From an uncultured Actinomycetes bacterium (lineage in GTDB: Bacteria > Actinomycetota > Coriobacteriia > Coriobacteriales > Atopobiaceae): DNA of 64,000 nucleotides. Of this stretch, positions 62,043-64,000 are shown one piece after another. Every line of letters begins with the position of its first letter. The first letter of the stretch is position 1. The stretch is from contig OMWB01000010.1 of NCBI GenBank assembly GCA_900314645.1, positions 4,893-68,892 of the forward strand, read 5' to 3'. The notes under the pieces are model-generated. The model was not told the origin of the DNA and did no database searches. It saw only the letters and a list, made by a program, of their open reading frames with translations. The position numbers and the translations under genes are program-made.

Positions 62043-63497
62043 ATGAACAAGATGGTAAAGAAGGCTCTTGCTGGAGCGATTGCGACCATGGGCACGGGTG
62101 CTTTGGCGGGGCTTGCCACGCGGACCGTCCAGTTCGTGCCGCCTAAGGAGGAGCCGCGCAACCCTGAGCCCGTGACCGTTGACATGGACACGCTCGTTGA
62201 TGTCTTCTCACGCATCATCCAGTGCAAGACAGTCTCGTACTACGACCATTCCCTTGAGGACGAGTCTGAGTTCGATAAGCTCGTCGCCATGCTCCCGGAA
62301 CTCTATCCGCAGGTATACAAGGCATGTACGCTTACGCGTCTTGACGGACGTGCGCTGCTCTACAAGTGGCCTGGTCGCGAGCCCGGTAACCCCGCCGTGC
62401 TCATGGCCCACTACGATGTGGTGCCCGTTGAGGAAGACGAATGGGATCACGACCCCTTCTGCGGCGAGGTCATTGATGGCGTGCTTTGGGGTCGCGGCTG
62501 CCTAGATACTAAGGTCACCTTCAACGGCGTCCTGTTCTCGGCAAATGTCCTCATTGCCGAGGGATTCGTACCTGAGCATGACGTGTACTTCGCCTTTTCT
62601 GGAGGCGAGGAAGTGAGCGGCATCGGGGCGGTCAAGATCGTCGACTGGTTTGTCGAGCAGGGCATCGAGCCCGAGCTCGTTCTTGACGAGGGCGGTGCCG
62701 TGGTTGCCGATGTGTTCCCTGGCGTGACGCAGCCTTGCGGCCTCATTGGCATCGCGGAGAAGGGCAACATGTTCGTGCGCCTTTCGGCCAAGTCGGGCGG
62801 GGGACATGCGTCTGCGCCTAAGCCGAACTCTCCTATCGTCGCGCTCTCCGAGGCCGTCGATGCAATAGAGACCAACCCCATGCCGATCAAGATGAGCGAG
62901 CCGGTTTCCAAGATGTTTGACACGCTGGGGCGCTACGCTTCACCGGCCTACCGCATGCTTTTCGCAAATCTTGATGTCTTCCTGCCGGTGCTTGACCTGA
63001 TCTGCCGAAAGACCGGGGGCAACCTCAACGCCTTGATGCGCACGACCATTGCGTTTACGCAGATGAAGGGCAGCGCGGCACCCAATGTGATTCCACCGAC
63101 TGCCGAGGTTGTCACCAACGTCCGCATCAATCCCGAGGACACGGTGGACGACGTGATGGCCTATCTGAAGGACGCGATTGACGATCCGCAGATTACGGTC
63201 GAGATGCTCGATGGCTGGAACCCGAGCCCCGTCTCGCGCACCGACTGCGAGGGCTACGAGCGCATCGCGCGCGCCGTGGCTGACACATGGACCGACTGCA
63301 TCGTCAGCCCCTACGTCATGGTGCAGTACTCTGACAGCCGCCATTACGGCAAGCTGTCCGACCGCGTCTATCGGTTCTCAGCATATGACGCCACCTCGGA
63401 GGAGCTTGGCACCATCCACGGCAACAACGAGTGCATCCGTCTTGATGCCCTGCGTCACTCCATCGAGTTCTACACACGCCTGATGCGTCAGTGCTGA
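62043..63497 (+). CDS. M20/M25/M40-family metallopeptidase with an N-terminal anchor
   Basis: MAHYDVVPV...WDHDPF...WGRGCLDTK...FSGGEEV. ATG at 62043 after aggagg. Confidence 0.8.
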   Translation: MNKMVKKALAGAIATMGTGALAGLATRTVQFVPPKEEPRNPEPVTVDMDTLVDVFSRIIQCKTVSYYDHSLEDESEFDKLVAMLPELYPQVYKACTLTRLDGRALLYKWPGREPGNPAVLMAHYDVVPVEEDEWDHDPFCGEVIDGVLWGRGCLDTKVTFNGVLFSANVLIAEGFVPEHDVYFAFSGGEEVSGIGAVKIVDWFVEQGIEPELVLDEGGAVVADVFPGVTQPCGLIGIAEKGNMFVRLSAKSGGGHASAPKPNSPIVALSEAVDAIETNPMPIKMSEPVSKMFDTLGRYASPAYRMLFANLDVFLPVLDLICRKTGGNLNALMRTTIAFTQMKGSAAPNVIPPTAEVVTNVRINPEDTVDDVMAYLKDAIDDPQITVEMLDGWNPSPVSRTDCEGYERIARAVADTWTDCIVSPYVMVQYSDSRHYGKLSDRVYRFSAYDATSEELGTIHGNNECIRLDALRHSIEFYTRLMRQC

Positions 63498-63676
63498 GAT
63501 GTGGGCTGTTTGGATTATCGCAAGGTTGATGTGCCTGCATTCGAGGGTTTCTAGGAAGTAACCCCTGCGATTTGTTGGTATGAGGCCTAAAAATACTCGA
63601 CATTCAGCTGGATGGGGATACTCCTTGCCGGACGGCACAATAGACTCAACGTCCACGTCCAGACAAGGAGGACACC

Positions 63677-63892
63677 ATGCCGTTTTCTGTTGATGATAAG
63701 TGCAGGAAGCTCGCGAAGAATCCCGAGGCTGCGGCCATCATTAGCGAGTACAGCCCCGGCTTTACCAAGGACCCGCAGATGAAGATGGTCATGGGGCTTA
63801 CCCTGCGTAAGCTTGCGAGCTTCCCGCAGGCAAAGGAGCTGGCAGACAATCTTGACGCGATTGACGAGCGCCTGAAGGCTATCGAAGGCTAG
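63677..63892 (+). CDS. Small hypothetical protein (71 aa)
   Basis: Strong RBS aaggagg 7 nt upstream, followed by a hairpin terminator. No recognisable motif. Confidence 0.5.
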   Translation: MPFSVDDKCRKLAKNPEAAAIISEYSPGFTKDPQMKMVMGLTLRKLASFPQAKELADNLDAIDERLKAIEG

Positions 63893-63916
63893 TGCTGCAA
63901 AAGAACGCGCGTGTTG

Positions 63917-63953
63917 AGGCGAGGCATACCTACGGGGTGCCTCGCCTTTGTCG
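63917..63953 (+). terminator. Hairpin terminator
   Basis: aggcgaggca / tgcctcgcct, a 10-bp stem, then ttgtcgt. Confidence 0.5.
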
Positions 63954-64000
63954 TATGCCTAGAGTGCTTCTCGGATCGTCAATGCCTTCAAGACGATTTG

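Overview
High-GC sequence (about 63% GC in a sampled coding 60-mer). The gene content looks like a Gram-positive actinobacterium of the Coriobacteriia type; this taxon call is inference only, since no database search was possible. All homology calls come from motifs read by eye in the supplied translations.

The window has two parts.

(1) Positions 1-41.9 kb are an accessory region full of repeats. It contains:
- Decayed polysaccharide-locus remnants: two ugd 3' ends and a wecB/cap5G-type C-terminal fragment.
- IS3-like and IS21-like transposase remnants.
- A hicAB toxin-antitoxin pair.
- Two lower-GC islands. One is a 2-gene cassette (HTH/coiled-coil protein plus 3-TM protein) at about 0.6-2.3 kb. 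The other is a SIR2-family protein converging on a 4-TM protein at about 10.0-12.6 kb.
- An unusual four-gene operon at 17.4-21.0 kb. It encodes three paralogous polytopic sensor proteins that carry an H-box but no ATPase domain, plus one protein that carries the ATPase domain but no H-box histidine.
- A secreted nuclease and a cell-wall hydrolase.
- Several choline-binding-type (GW/YYF repeat) surface proteins, including a 2,326-aa adhesin with 21 tandem helical repeats.

The intergenic DNA in this part is packed with several families of short hairpin repeats. Many are arranged as mirror arrays, meaning n direct copies followed by n inverted copies.

(2) After a tRNA-Leu(UAG) at 41972-42056 comes a conserved housekeeping block: tig, clpP, clpX, an SPFH protein, GNAT, tatD-like, tcdA-like, valS, trkH/trkA, a DUF47 protein, an amino-acid-type ABC importer linked to FrlB/FrlD-like genes, and an M20 peptidase. 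This block has ordinary terminators and none of the accessory-region repeats.

The most interesting candidates are the split, triplicated histidine-kinase operon, the SIR2 plus membrane-protein island, the low-GC two-gene cassette, and the mirror-array repeat architecture.
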